Positions 21,176 through 31,980 of a DNA stretch of 64,000 nt are shown here, in pieces. The notes beneath the pieces are model-generated. The model searched no databases and was not told the origin of the DNA. It was given only the letters and a program-made list of their open reading frames with translations. Origin of the DNA: an uncultured delta proteobacterium (lineage in GTDB: Bacteria > Desulfobacterota > Desulfomonilia > Desulfomonilales > Desulfomonilaceae); assembly GCA_963789265.1 (NCBI GenBank), contig CAWBKB010000008.1, positions 71,698 to 135,697 of the forward strand, read 5' to 3'. Every line of letters starts with the position of its first letter. The first letter of the stretch is position 1. A program made the translations under genes and the position numbers.

Positions 21176-21505
21176 GAACTTGAAGTCTTTTTATCAAGTA
21201 TAACATCCAATACGTGGCGCTATATATCATAATCATAAGGAAAATGTTACTATAAAAATGCTATCCTCCCCCCGTCCGAGTCTCTTTGCTCTCTGGACCC
21301 GCTTGGAACCGGCAGCAGTCAGGCCTGTCGCTCTAGCCTTTGCACAGGATTTGAGCCGCGGCGAGATCATTCTTGAACATCTTGCGGTAGCGGTCCCCCG
21401 GCATCTCCGAACAAGCGCCCCTGGAAAGCCCGTTGGTGTGACGGGCTCGAACTCAGTGTCGTTGTGCGCCCGCCGAGAGGATAGATCAACCAATTTGAGG
21501 TAATC

Positions 21506-21703
21506 GTTCACCGCGGAGATCGCAGAGATCGCAGAGATCGCGAAGGGTTCTGTTTTCTGTGCCATTCTCCCAGGTGAGGCGCAAGGGATTCCGGTCTCTG
21601 GCACTGAAAGTGCTACCGGCCTGACTGAGTAGCCCCGCTACTTATGTGGGCTTGCGGAAGCCATTTTTTCTCTCTGCGTTCTCGGCGCACTCTGCGGTGA
21701 ATC
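21506..21703. repeat. TTCACCGC...GCGGTGAA inverted-end repeat, copy 2
   Basis: Ends match 11228-11417. Confidence 0.7.
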
Positions 21704-21816
21704 CTGATTGCCCGCCGAACGACTACAATTTGAGGGAGCCGCACATCATTCGGTTGAGCCCTCAAAGTTCAATCACTATGTCACGAGTCGGTCCCCCCTA
21801 TTGGCTCCAAAAGAAA

Positions 21817-21860
21817 AATTCCGTCTCGGCCAAGTGCAGTATGGGTGCCGAGACGGAATT
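21817..21860. terminator. 14-bp stem hairpin
   Basis: AATTCCGTCTCGGC / GCCGAGACGGAATT preceded by an A-run (U-tract on the minus strand). Confidence 0.55.
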
Positions 21861-22109
21861 GATAAGACGGGGCACTCCGTGAAAAGTAATTGGCGATCCT
21901 GCTTAATATACGAAGTGCAGCCCCATTTTCATTCACGCACTATTAGTCGAAAGATACTCTTTGATTAATTCAATCCTATGAGTTTTTGGTTAGAAGATAG
22001 TTAGAGTGCGAAAGTGCTTTAATGGCCGCACAGCTTCAATTTTGAAGAGCAGGTGTCGCTTGGGCCGGGTATGAACCAGTGTTTGACGGATTTGTCACCG
22101 GCCAAAGCT

Positions 22110-23573
22110 TTAGGCAGCGTGTTCTCCCATTTCCGGAGTTACGGGAATCCACGCGGTGAACATCGTACCGGTCTCGTCGCTTTTCACGGAAATAGATCCG
22201 CGATGGTCCTCGATGATCCGTTTCGCCAGCGTGAGGGTTAGTCCTGCTCCGTATGCTTTTGTCGTGGAGAACGGATCGAAGATTTTCCTGATGTCTTCCG
22301 CGGGTATGACTGCTCCGGTATTGTAGACACGCATCTGAAAATACGCCTGAGAATCCAGCTTCGCGGCCTCTCTAGCCTTTTCTCCGGGCCGTGAAACGCC
22401 GGTGTCGATCCTGATCAATTCGCCTTCCGTGGCAACCTCGATCGCGTTTGAAATCAGATTCCTGACCACTTGTTCGAATCGGTCCGGGTCCACGAGAATT
22501 TCCCCTACTTCGCGACTGAGGTTCGATTGCACGCGGATCTTTCGGTCACGGACTCGCTCTGCGCTGATTCGAAGAATATACTCAATAAGAGAGTTTGGAT
22601 TTATGGGTTTCAAATTCACACTCTCTTGCCGTGTGTAATCGATGAGGCCTGCGAGGATCTTTTCCAATCTCCGAACTTCCCGGATGATGATTCCGAGCCA
22701 CTCCCTGTGGGCGTCTCTCATGGACGAGGTGTCTCCGGCACGCTCCTTCAGCATGCGCCCCGCGAATCCTCCTATTATAACCAGAGGCTGTCGCAACTCA
22801 TGAGCTACTCTGGCCGTGTGATCGGCAAGGACCTGTGCCTTTCCGGTTTCGATTATGTGCTCGTACAGTTGGTCGATTATCATTATTTTATCGACTAGTT
22901 CTGCTTCCACCCGTTTGCGCTCAGTCAAATGCGTTCTCACGACTATTAGAATTCCCAACCAGGCCAGTGATGACGCCACCATGCTGGCACACCCGAAGAC
23001 GACCCCAAGAAACTGTTTCTTGCGCGTAGCCCGGACGTCATCGTCAATGCGTTTCTCTACGCTCGCGTCCACGGCCTGTATGCTGCGTTCGAAGGATCTC
23101 CTTGCTCCCTCGTAGCGGGGCCCGGAGATCAGCTTGCGGGCCTCGCTAATTCTGTTCGTCCGGGCAAGTGCCATCGAAAGATCCTCTGTTTCAAGCATCT
23201 GGGAGTAGGCTGTCTTTGCCTGAGCAGCGTAATTTCCTTCGTATGCGGATCTTGCGAGCACTGCCACATCCGCCAGGGCGGAATCGAGTTGGGGTTGGGT
23301 TTTCCGATACTGTTCCTCCCATTCCGGCGATCCCGTTGTCGACATCATGAGCACAGATTTATGGAGCTTGTCGTTGAGATGGGAGACCAACCCCACTAGT
23401 CGCTGGAGCCTCAGATCTCGGCTCACCAGTGCGGTGTACGAGGTATATGTGGTCCAGAGGATGTAGACGATGGCCGGCACGAGCACAAGGCTGATTATCC
23501 AGCCGGCGGTTAGAAGCCTGACAGGGCCGTCGTCACCACGCGAGAAGAATTTTCCCAGCTTTTTTCTAAGCAT
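22110..23573 (-). CDS. Membrane sensor histidine kinase
   Basis: Two TM segments; H-box AHELRQPL; N-box NLISNA; HATPase domain. Confidence 0.9.
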   Translation of the reverse strand: MLRKKLGKFFSRGDDGPVRLLTAGWIISLVLVPAIVYILWTTYTSYTALVSRDLRLQRLVGLVSHLNDKLHKSVLMMSTTGSPEWEEQYRKTQPQLDSALADVAVLARSAYEGNYAAQAKTAYSQMLETEDLSMALARTNRISEARKLISGPRYEGARRSFERSIQAVDASVEKRIDDDVRATRKKQFLGVVFGCASMVASSLAWLGILIVVRTHLTERKRVEAELVDKIMIIDQLYEHIIETGKAQVLADHTARVAHELRQPLVIIGGFAGRMLKERAGDTSSMRDAHREWLGIIIREVRRLEKILAGLIDYTRQESVNLKPINPNSLIEYILRISAERVRDRKIRVQSNLSREVGEILVDPDRFEQVVRNLISNAIEVATEGELIRIDTGVSRPGEKAREAAKLDSQAYFQMRVYNTGAVIPAEDIRKIFDPFSTTKAYGAGLTLTLAKRIIEDHRGSISVKSDETGTMFTAWIPVTPEMGEHAA

Positions 23574-23915
23574 TTCAAATTGACCTCGCTCGCAAAAAGC
23601 TAGTCAGACGCACTTGGCTATCCAACCTTTCGGGCCGCAAATTCTGCACCTTCACCGGCTAAACCGCGCTTCGAAGGATTCTCGTTGGATTCCCGTATTG
23701 TAATCTAGCAAGGGATTGTTAGAAATATGCTAGCACTGCTCGGCCGGACCTTTACTTATGCATGAACCGGTTGTTCCACCCTGAAGTTGGGACATATCAA
23801 TGTCAATGAAATTGCGGTTGCAAGACGGTTCGGCCCGGTGTTATCCTCATACGTAGATCGTAGCAGATAGGCACTGATGCTCGGTCAGGCAAAACCAGTT
23901 CAGAGGAAGACGATT

Positions 23916-24497
23916 ATGTCAGGTCAAGAAAAGAGTGCGAACGAGCTACAAAGCCAATTCACGGATGACTTCTTCTATTTCTTCCTGAGGGTGCGCAAAG
24001 AGAGAATACGTAAGGTAGTACATCGCTTGAAAGGCCAGTATCCGGATGAAAGCCCCGAACAATTGGCGCGCCGACTTACGTCCTCTCGATCGACGCTTTC
24101 TTTCCTTGGCGGCTCCCTGCTTCATCTGCCCATGCTCTTACCCGGTATTGGACAGGCTTGGAAATTCCTCGGATTCGTCGGCGGCGCATCGGCCCTGACT
24201 CGGATGCACTTGTATCTGATTCTGGAGATCGCCTTGCTGTTCGGGAAAGATATTGACGACCAGAGTCGCGTTCCAGAGATGACCGCTGTCATCGCTGCTA
24301 CCGGCATCGCGGCCGGCACGCCTTTTCTTGTGAGTCTTCTCGAATTCAATCCCATTTACGCTCTCCCGGCCGCTGCGCTGAGTTCCGTGACAGTCACACA
24401 GCTCATCGGAGAGAGTGCAATTCGCCTTTACCGAGAGGGTGGCGAGGCACTTCAGGCGGGGCAAGCCGCTTCGCCCATCGAGCCGGAAACCGTATGA
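23916..24497 (+). CDS. Hypothetical protein (EcsC-like)
   Basis: YPDESPEQLARRL and EIALLFGKD patterns. Confidence 0.55.
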   Translation: MSGQEKSANELQSQFTDDFFYFFLRVRKERIRKVVHRLKGQYPDESPEQLARRLTSSRSTLSFLGGSLLHLPMLLPGIGQAWKFLGFVGGASALTRMHLYLILEIALLFGKDIDDQSRVPEMTAVIAATGIAAGTPFLVSLLEFNPIYALPAAALSSVTVTQLIGESAIRLYREGGEALQAGQAASPIEPETV

Positions 24498-24807
24498 CGA
24501 GCCGAGATTGTTCGCTAACTACGCGCTGAGTGAATACTTGGATGGTTTCAACGAGGCTCGTTTAGCAAGTGTCCATCTTCAGCGAAGGCTGCATGTCCCG
24601 GGGTCAACCCGTTTCGGCCTTCGGCTCTTCCCCGAGCTACGACCAAATCTCTATCAATTATCGCAACATAAATTTGCTTTCCGGATGTCCACGGGGCAGA
24701 CCTCGCGCCCGCATAAGAGCAAGTTCTTGTCAGGATTCGACTAGGAGTACGCTATTTGTTGGTTCATCCCGGCAGGCCGATTCATTCGCGAAGGGTACAA
24801 TCCCGAA

Positions 24808-24831
24808 AATAATGATGGGCCCATCATTATT
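24808..24831. promoter_or_regulatory. Perfect 24-bp palindrome, candidate operator
   Basis: AATAATGATGGGCCCATCATTATT about 80 bp upstream of the 24913 gene. Confidence 0.55.
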
Positions 24832-24912
24832 AACACAATCCTAACACCACGATAACGAAAACCACATATTATATGAACGTATAGAAAAACCAAGAAAGGG
24901 AGGACATGTCAA

Positions 24913-25185
24913 ATGTCAATATTGGACTACACTCCGAAAGCGGACTTGTGGACCGGACTTGCCATTGGGGCTGGATTGCTGGCGGCCCCGGCCGTTCTTG
25001 CCATGGTCACTTCAGTGGCAAGACCGGTGGCGAAGGAACTTGTGAAGACCGGGCTTAGGGTCTACGAGAAGGGAAACGAGATGGTGAGCGGATTCGCAGA
25101 AGGAGTGCAAGATTTGGCCGCGGAGGCAAAGTCCGAAGTGCATACTGCATCGGCAGCGCCAAAAGCAGCACGGAAACCAGCATAA
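24913..25185 (+). CDS. DUF5132-like protein
   Basis: GLAIGAG..ARPVAKELVKTG..QDLAAEAKSE; GGGAGG RBS. Confidence 0.75.
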   Translation: MSILDYTPKADLWTGLAIGAGLLAAPAVLAMVTSVARPVAKELVKTGLRVYEKGNEMVSGFAEGVQDLAAEAKSEVHTASAAPKAARKPA

Positions 25186-25517
25186 GCCAACGAGCGAACC
25201 AAACAGAGATCCTCTGGAGAAGTCGATCTCTCCGGGATTTCGGCAAGACGGCCTGAATGCCGGAGGAGCGAAACACAATCGAGTGCAGGAGAAGTGGGCC
25301 CGCTTCTTTTCGTAAAGTACCAGGCGCGGGCCTTGCACATGTGATTGACTATCGGCCCGACCCAAAAACCCAAGCGTAGAATGTGCAGCACGTTCATAGC
25401 TCGTACCTGAGGCGTCAGGGTTAAGGGAGCAATCGTCCGGCCTTTTTGCTCTGTACAGGATAGCGGCACCGCGTTATTCGATTTCACGGCTAAAGTATGA
25501 GTCTTTGGGGGGGACGG

Positions 25518-26321
25518 TCATGAGAAGGTTTCCGTCGGACCGGGATGCGTAGGGTCTTGCGCTCCGGGGACGCCCAAAAGGTCGTCTCGGCTGCCCGCCG
25601 CGTGATTTCGATGTAGATAGATCGCAATGTTTCTGTTACTTCTGATCGCTTCTTTTACTGCCTCTGTATTCTTTTCGCAGCTAATCATCGTTTTCCACGA
25701 GTAGATTTGACTCTGTTCATGAAAATCGGAGTTCGCGATGTAGTTGAATTTTCTCAGTCCGACGACATCGAACAGACTGTCCCTGTTGGCCACCTCCCAT
25801 GCGTCAAATAGATCGCGGTACTCCTGATGATGGCTCCATAGATGAGCATAAACCGGTTGATTCTCGACACCTTCCTTGTAATGCGGATGACACGCAATTG
25901 CCACGGCCTCTTGTTGGTGAATTTTTTCAACTATCGCGGCAACCGGCAAGTCCGGGTCGATATATTCCTTGATGTCCAGGGCCAGAAGGTGATATTGCCC
26001 GGAATTATTGGTGATTTCCGTGCCGGGAATCAGCAGCATATTGTAGCGCTTCCAGGCGCGCTTCCTCTCGTGCCAGAGCTGGTGCAGGTAATCGTCGAAT
26101 CTATCGGGAGAAATAGCCCAAACCCGATCTTGCTCTTCCCGTACGAGCCGGGTGGTCTCACTGTCAAGGATGTGGTCGGTAATTGCAATCACGTCGAACC
26201 CGTTATTGCCGTAGAGGTCAACCACATAATCAACAGGGTGCGCCCCATCACTTTGCGTGGTGTGAATGTGGAAATCGCAAAACAGCCAGCGTTTACCGTT
26301 CATTACTCGATCTGTTGTCAT
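25518..26321 (-). CDS. PHP-domain metallophosphoesterase
   Basis: DFHIHTTQSDG, ITDH, CHPH and NSDFH motifs. Confidence 0.9.
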   Translation of the reverse strand: MTTDRVMNGKRWLFCDFHIHTTQSDGAHPVDYVVDLYGNNGFDVIAITDHILDSETTRLVREEQDRVWAISPDRFDDYLHQLWHERKRAWKRYNMLLIPGTEITNNSGQYHLLALDIKEYIDPDLPVAAIVEKIHQQEAVAIACHPHYKEGVENQPVYAHLWSHHQEYRDLFDAWEVANRDSLFDVVGLRKFNYIANSDFHEQSQIYSWKTMISCEKNTEAVKEAIRSNRNIAIYLHRNHAAGSRDDLLGVPGAQDPTHPGPTETFS

Positions 26322-26712
26322 ATTCTCCTCGCGACCCTTGATGCTGTTGTGGATATACCCTGAATCATTTCGGGCGGGCTGTGATGCGCACCAAAGCGCC
26401 TCCCCGCCGGCCCGAGCCCTCAAAACGCAGCGAAGGCGGTTACCGGGGTTTTCGAACCGTGACGAGCGCCAACAGATCACCGAGGTGTGAGAATTCGCTT
26501 AGACGGATATTATTTTACTGTGAGTGTCGAATATTTCCGGGTACATCATAGGCGGACATCGGCCGTAGTTCTTTCGCCGGAATACGCGGTCTCCGGAATA
26601 TAGCTGATTTGGTGCCCGTGTTCTTCTCGATGTCACATGAAGGGCTGGAGGTATTTAGTGTGGATAACACTGCAAGGTAAATTGTCCGAAATAGCTTTGG
26701 GGAAACAAGGTT

Positions 26713-27120
26713 TCAAAGCAGATATAAGTGCACGGCTTCAATTGTGTGGCTGTCAAAGCGACCGCTGAGGAGTCGGATCTCATCGGAAAGGTTGTTCGGT
26801 ATAGCGCACATAAAACTCATTACCGGTCCCCTGCGCCATCCAACGTCGTTTACTCGTGAGTACGATCCTGTTTCCTTTATTAGACGCAAATAGTGATTCA
26901 AGGCCAAATAGACATAACTTGGATCGGGTCCCCCCACAGCCTTAAGTTTTGCGTAATCTTCCTTGGTCACGGTTATGGTGACAAGTTCGAGCTTTGGGGT
27001 TCGCCTCTTGAGCGCCTTTGCGCCGATAGGCGTTGCTATTGGCGGAGGAACTCCTTGGAGGTCACTACCCCAAGCCGAAATCTCAGGAGCAATGGGATTG
27101 TTAAGTAATGGAGCAGGCAT
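26713..27120 (-). CDS. Hypothetical protein
   Basis: 135-aa ORF with GAGGAG RBS. Confidence 0.5.
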   Translation of the reverse strand: MPAPLLNNPIAPEISAWGSDLQGVPPPIATPIGAKALKRRTPKLELVTITVTKEDYAKLKAVGGPDPSYVYLALNHYLRLIKETGSYSRVNDVGWRRGPVMSFMCAIPNNLSDEIRLLSGRFDSHTIEAVHLYLL

Positions 27121-27436
27121 ACAGACTCCTCTTGTATCACTCTACATATATTGGCTTTTACGTGTCAAGAAGAATCGAACAATGTTTAAGCCTCTAACTC
27201 TAAAATAACAATCTTAGACCGGCGCTGAGAGCGCCATCCCCCAAAAGTTCTGCTACAGCCTATACCGGAATTGGGCTGAAAAACCTCGAAAAGATGAGTA
27301 TTTTCAAGCGCGAGGAGATAGTCGTTCGCTGCTTTGACAGAACAATGACCGCTGCGCGCATGATCTCTTCAGGCGCGTTTGATTGATGTCCTAATTACTC
27401 TATTTCACAAATGTGGTCTCGTATTCCGGGACTATA

Positions 27437-29112
27437 GAGAGTGTCTCAAAACGGTTGTAGTGGCACGATGACGACTCTCGGGGTGGTAGGGTGCGGTTAA
27501 TCTCGCACCTTGGCCTCCCTTGTCTCCGACGAGCCGGGGCCGGCTATGAGTATGCCTCAGGCAGCCATGAGTCACTCTCCGTCCTGATGTCTTAGGCCGC
27601 GGTTAGCACCAGACGCCCCGTCAGCCAATGGCTGTAGAGCTTCTTGAGATTCAAGGTGGCGCACATCAAAGACCATTGAGCCCTCGCATTGGATAATCCG
27701 GACACGGTCCACCGTCTAAAGTCCAAGTGGCTCTTTATCCATGCAAAGACCGGCTCAATGATCACCTTGCGGGCTCGGAGTAGCGTCTTGCTTTCCGGGA
27801 CCTCCCGTTTCTTGCGGTGGCGCTCAACTGCGTCACGATAGATGTTAATGTCTATGAGACGGCCATTCTTGCTCTTGCTGCACTTCCACCGTTCAGGACA
27901 CGTCAAGTAGTCCCGGCATCGATACCGCCGGATCTCGTTTCCGTTTTTTCCTGTGACTTTCTTCTGAAGAAAGTTCAGCGATGCGCCTTGCGGACAAATA
28001 CAGACGTCTCGCTCTTGGTCGTAGACGAACTGGGAAGCGTGATAAGGGTCCCATTGAGCGCCTTTTTCCGCAGCGGACTCTCCCGACGACTTGGCGACCA
28101 AGACCTCGTACTCCTTCTCTTCGGCCAACGCGATTTGAGCCGATGCGAAGTATCCTGCGTCCGCCACGGTTTCCTCTGCGGTTGCGCCCAAATTTTCCTG
28201 AACTCGATCCAGCATGGGAACAAGCTGCCCATTGTCATTGCCTTCGTCGACCACTTCCTCAGCCACAATCATGCCGCTTTGTTGGTCTGCCACCGCTTGA
28301 GCATTGTAAGAGGGCTCAGTAGACCGCCGGTTCTTCATGTACCGGGCATCCGGCTCGCAGGGATGGACGACCTTCTTGTCAGTCTTATCCAATTCCTGCA
28401 AGGCCTTCTGTATCCGCTCCTTGCGTTTCAACTCGTCCTGCAGGGCTTCGGGAAGACGCCATTCGCCACCCTCCTCTTGCTCGCACCTCTCTGTCTCCGT
28501 CATGACGTCGGCAACGCACTTGTCCAAATTCTCAAGCATCCGCTCCAACTGATCTTGGTTCTTGAACTTCTCCCGAGATGATCCGACAGGGATCTTGGTT
28601 CCATCCAATGCATGAACCGCCATACCTATCAACTCGGCTTTGACTGCCACTTGAACCGATTGTTTGAATATTCCCTTGAAAACCTTCTTGTTGTCCCTCC
28701 AGAATCGCCACAGGGTATTATGATCCGCTGCATTCATACCCGTCAGCCAAATCAATCCCATGTTCTCCATGCATGCCTTCTCAAGCTTGCGCGATGACCT
28801 GATTCTGCTGAAATAGCCGTAGAGCCATGCCTTCAACAAAAGATCGGTAATATAGGGAGGACGGCCCGTTTCGCCATTCGGAACTCGAAAACCCAGCACC
28901 TCCAAATCCAAGGAATCCACAAAGTCTCCTATGAAGCGCGCTGGATGATCAGGCCCTATCCAGTCATCTATAGCGGGCGGAAGCAGAAACACCTGCTTGT
29001 AGTCGGCTCTGATTTGCGGCATAATCCTTTCCCTCTCCGATTCTCTTTTCACATCTCATTAGTAGAATCGGTTGAGAATCGCGAGCCCAAAATCGACTTT
29101 TGAGACAGTTTC
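27437..29112 (-). mobile_element. IS1182-family insertion sequence
   Basis: IRs GAGAGTGTCTCAAAA / GAAACTGTCTCAAAA; TATA duplication at 27433-36 and 29113-16. Confidence 0.9.
27592..29022 (-). CDS. IS1182 transposase
   Basis: GRPPY, SSRKLE, DGTK, YNAQ, ADAGY and EPVFAWIK motifs. Confidence 0.95.
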   Translation of the reverse strand: MPQIRADYKQVFLLPPAIDDWIGPDHPARFIGDFVDSLDLEVLGFRVPNGETGRPPYITDLLLKAWLYGYFSRIRSSRKLEKACMENMGLIWLTGMNAADHNTLWRFWRDNKKVFKGIFKQSVQVAVKAELIGMAVHALDGTKIPVGSSREKFKNQDQLERMLENLDKCVADVMTETERCEQEEGGEWRLPEALQDELKRKERIQKALQELDKTDKKVVHPCEPDARYMKNRRSTEPSYNAQAVADQQSGMIVAEEVVDEGNDNGQLVPMLDRVQENLGATAEETVADAGYFASAQIALAEEKEYEVLVAKSSGESAAEKGAQWDPYHASQFVYDQERDVCICPQGASLNFLQKKVTGKNGNEIRRYRCRDYLTCPERWKCSKSKNGRLIDINIYRDAVERHRKKREVPESKTLLRARKVIIEPVFAWIKSHLDFRRWTVSGLSNARAQWSLMCATLNLKKLYSHWLTGRLVLTAA

Positions 29113-29167
29113 TATAGCCGCCAGTCCCGCCTACCCGGAAATCCATTGTAGGGGGACCTCTCGTGGG

Positions 29168-29435
29168 CATAGGCGTCAAAATAAGCTTCAAGTCCTCTTC
29201 GTCCCGGAGGGACGGCACCATAGTAGCCCGGCGATTTATCGCCGGGAATGAACGGCCAAGAGACTTTGCTTCGTCGCCGAGGGGCGCCCGAAGGATTCAT
29301 CCTTCGGGCGCCCCTCGGCGACGAAGAACTGAATCATTGCTCATGGGTCACCCGGCAATGAATTGCCGGGCTACTATCTCGACGCCCCGCTGGGGCTCAT
29401 AAGGCAGCACGGGTTACCTTATTTTAACGCCTATG
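29168..29435. mobile_element. 268-bp MITE with 18-bp TIR and 11-bp TSD, inserted in a REP
   Basis: CATAGGCGTCAAAATAAG / CTTATTTTAACGCCTATG; TSD CCTCTCGTGGG at 29157-67 and 29436-46. Confidence 0.88.
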
Positions 29436-29463
29436 CCTCTCGTGGGTGCCCCCCCGCCGTGAA

Positions 29464-30543
29464 TCACGGCACATGTTTCTCAAAAAGTATCTTGTACTTG
29501 CCGTACCCGTCTTTCTCCAAGTCTTCTTTCGGGATGAAACGCAGTGCGGCAGAATCGATACAGTAACGGAGCCCTGTCGGCTTGGGACCGTCATTGAACA
29601 AGTCCCCAAGGTGAGAGTCGGCGAGTTTGCTTCTCACTTCAGTGCCTGTCGTGAAAATGCCTCTAGTTTCCCGTTCTACTATGTTTCCGGGTTCCAGGGC
29701 CTTGGTGAAGCTCGGCCATCCGGTGCCGGAATCAAACTTGTCCAGCGAACTAAAGAGAGGCTCACCGGATACGATATCCACATAAATTCCCGGTTTCTTG
29801 TTGTTCCAATATTCATTGTGGAAAGCAGGTTCCGTGGCACCATTTTGAGTAACCTCATATTGCAATGAAGTCAGCTTGCGCTTCAGCTCTTCTCTGCTCG
29901 GCTTTGTGTATTCCAGGCCGCTTTGTTTCATGTTTTCTTGATCCTTGTCCCGACCCCAAATCTTTTCCACATATTGATCCCTACCCGATCTCCACCGATA
30001 GTAATTGTATCGGACTGGATTTTTTTTGTAATAATCCTGGTGATAATCTTCTGCTTTGTAAAAGGTGGTTGCTTTGACGATCTCACTCACTATGGGTTTG
30101 TGAAATCTCCCGGATTTCGCAAGGTCTTCTTTTGATTTGTCGGCTAATCGCTTTTGATCTTCGTCGTGATAGAAGATCGCTGAACGATATTGGGGACCGC
30201 GATCAACGAACTGTCCACCCGGGTCGGTCGGGTTTATTTGCCTCCAAAATACGTCCAGAAGCCGGGAGTACGATATGACCGACGGATCGTACGTAATCTC
30301 AACTGCTTCGACATAGCCCTTTTCTGCGTAGTCTTCGTACGTCGGATTCTTGTCGGAGCCACCAGCGTAGCCTGCTAACACTTTCACCACCCCTTTGAGC
30401 TTCTCGAAAGGAGGTTGCATACACCAGAAACACCCTCCGGCAAAGGTGGCCTCTTCGTATTTTGTCTGTGCGTTCGCAATCGCCGCCAGGAATCCAAAAA
30501 GACAAAAGCTCAAAACCGAAACCGTTATCAATAATTTGCTCAT
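29464..30543 (-). CDS. msrAB: Exported bifunctional methionine sulfoxide reductase
   Basis: Signal peptide; [22 protein letters not shown] and RYCI motifs. Confidence 0.95.
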   Translation of the reverse strand: MSKLLITVSVLSFCLFGFLAAIANAQTKYEEATFAGGCFWCMQPPFEKLKGVVKVLAGYAGGSDKNPTYEDYAEKGYVEAVEITYDPSVISYSRLLDVFWRQINPTDPGGQFVDRGPQYRSAIFYHDEDQKRLADKSKEDLAKSGRFHKPIVSEIVKATTFYKAEDYHQDYYKKNPVRYNYYRWRSGRDQYVEKIWGRDKDQENMKQSGLEYTKPSREELKRKLTSLQYEVTQNGATEPAFHNEYWNNKKPGIYVDIVSGEPLFSSLDKFDSGTGWPSFTKALEPGNIVERETRGIFTTGTEVRSKLADSHLGDLFNDGPKPTGLRYCIDSAALRFIPKEDLEKDGYGKYKILFEKHVP

Positions 30544-30899
30544 GTTAACATCCTCTCTTCTATCCGCTCAGGACGCGACCAACTGAGTTGTAGCAGTGAT
30601 CGCGTCCGATCGCATCGTTTCGATCCACCTAACTTTGCTTCCTTACCATTCATTTTGGTCCTCGCTTCCGCTTAGGCAATCAACACGTGAAATGAAAGCG
30701 CCACTTGGACCATGATGTGCAGGAAGCTCATCCGATTGATCATTTGACAGGCATCTGAAAGTCTTCAACTTTCGGGGATCACTCTTTCCCATTGAACGGC
30801 CTCCTTTCTTTGCTCGTGAACAAATGATGTGCACTGCCTGTAAAGGCCGAATAAAGGAATATTAAAGAATATGTAAAGATTGGAATGTGTGTTGCGGAA

Positions 30900-31964
30900 T
30901 CAAGTCGGGAGCGAAAACCATACGCGCGTTTCGCCGTGGGAAATATCCGCGCCCACGGTCCCATCATGAGCCTCGACCAACTCCTTGACGATAGCCAGAC
31001 CAATGCCTGCTCCCCCATGTTCACGGGAACGCGACTTTTCGCCGCGATAGAAACGCTCAAAGATGAACGGAATATCCCTCTCGGACAACTCCCCGCCCGA
31101 ATTAGCGAAGGTGATCTTCAGGGCCCCAGGCGCAGTCTCCGTGGCAATCCTCACGGTTCCACCGGGCTCCGTGTATTGCACTGCATTCTGAAGCAGATTC
31201 CTGAGCACTCGTGCAAGCTTGTCAGGGTCGCCCTGCAAAAGAGGGTCACCAACCTCGGAATGAGATTCCACTTCAATCTGTTTGGCCTCCAACTGAGGTC
31301 TGAAAGCATCCAGCGCTTGACCGATAAGATCGACGATATGGACCTCTGTTTTGCGTATGTCCGCCCGGGCCGCGTCCGCCTTGGCCAGGCGCAGGATACT
31401 CTCAACCAGGTCAACCAGCCGCAAAGTTTCCTCGTGGAGCAAAAGGAAGGTCTCCTTGGAGGGAGGCAGCACGTCGTCCAGTAGCGCTTCGAGATACCCC
31501 TGAATGTTTGTCAGCGGGGTTCGAAGCTCGTGGGCTACGTCGATCATCAAGGTCTTGCGAAGATTCTCAATTGCCTGAAGGCTGTCGGCCATTCGGTTAA
31601 AGGCCCTCGCCAGCTTTCCCACTTCATCTTGAGACCGTAGAGGTACCCTGCTCGAATAGTCGCCCGCGGCTATCTTTCGGGTGACATTTGCCATCTGGGT
31701 GAGTGGGCCTAACACCCGTTTCGTCATCAGAAAGTTGAGAACAAGAGCAAGTACAAGCGCTGCGAGCGTAGCCCAAACGAGGTATCGGTGGACCGAATGC
31801 AGGAACATTTCCTGGGTCGTTACGGGCGAAATGTTGTACTGCTTCATCAAGGTGACAAAATAGTCTGCGGCAAGGTAGTCAACGGACAACCACACGATGA
31901 TTATCACAAACCCGATAATCAATATATTAATCCCGATGAGCTTCCAGAGGAGGCTTGTCCTCAC
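30900..31964 (-). CDS. HAMP sensor histidine kinase (BaeS-like)
   Basis: HAMP domain; AHELRTPL, FERFYR and GAGIGLAI motifs. Confidence 0.93.
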   Translation of the reverse strand: MRTSLLWKLIGINILIIGFVIIIVWLSVDYLAADYFVTLMKQYNISPVTTQEMFLHSVHRYLVWATLAALVLALVLNFLMTKRVLGPLTQMANVTRKIAAGDYSSRVPLRSQDEVGKLARAFNRMADSLQAIENLRKTLMIDVAHELRTPLTNIQGYLEALLDDVLPPSKETFLLLHEETLRLVDLVESILRLAKADAARADIRKTEVHIVDLIGQALDAFRPQLEAKQIEVESHSEVGDPLLQGDPDKLARVLRNLLQNAVQYTEPGGTVRIATETAPGALKITFANSGGELSERDIPFIFERFYRGEKSRSREHGGAGIGLAIVKELVEAHDGTVGADISHGETRVWFSLPT

Positions 31965-31980
31965 AGTGCCCTCCCAGTTT

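Noticed and set aside
22110..22400. Pseudokinase, based on degenerate G boxes (NTGAV, GAGLTL)
   Set aside because: H and N boxes are intact; the variation cannot be judged without an alignment.
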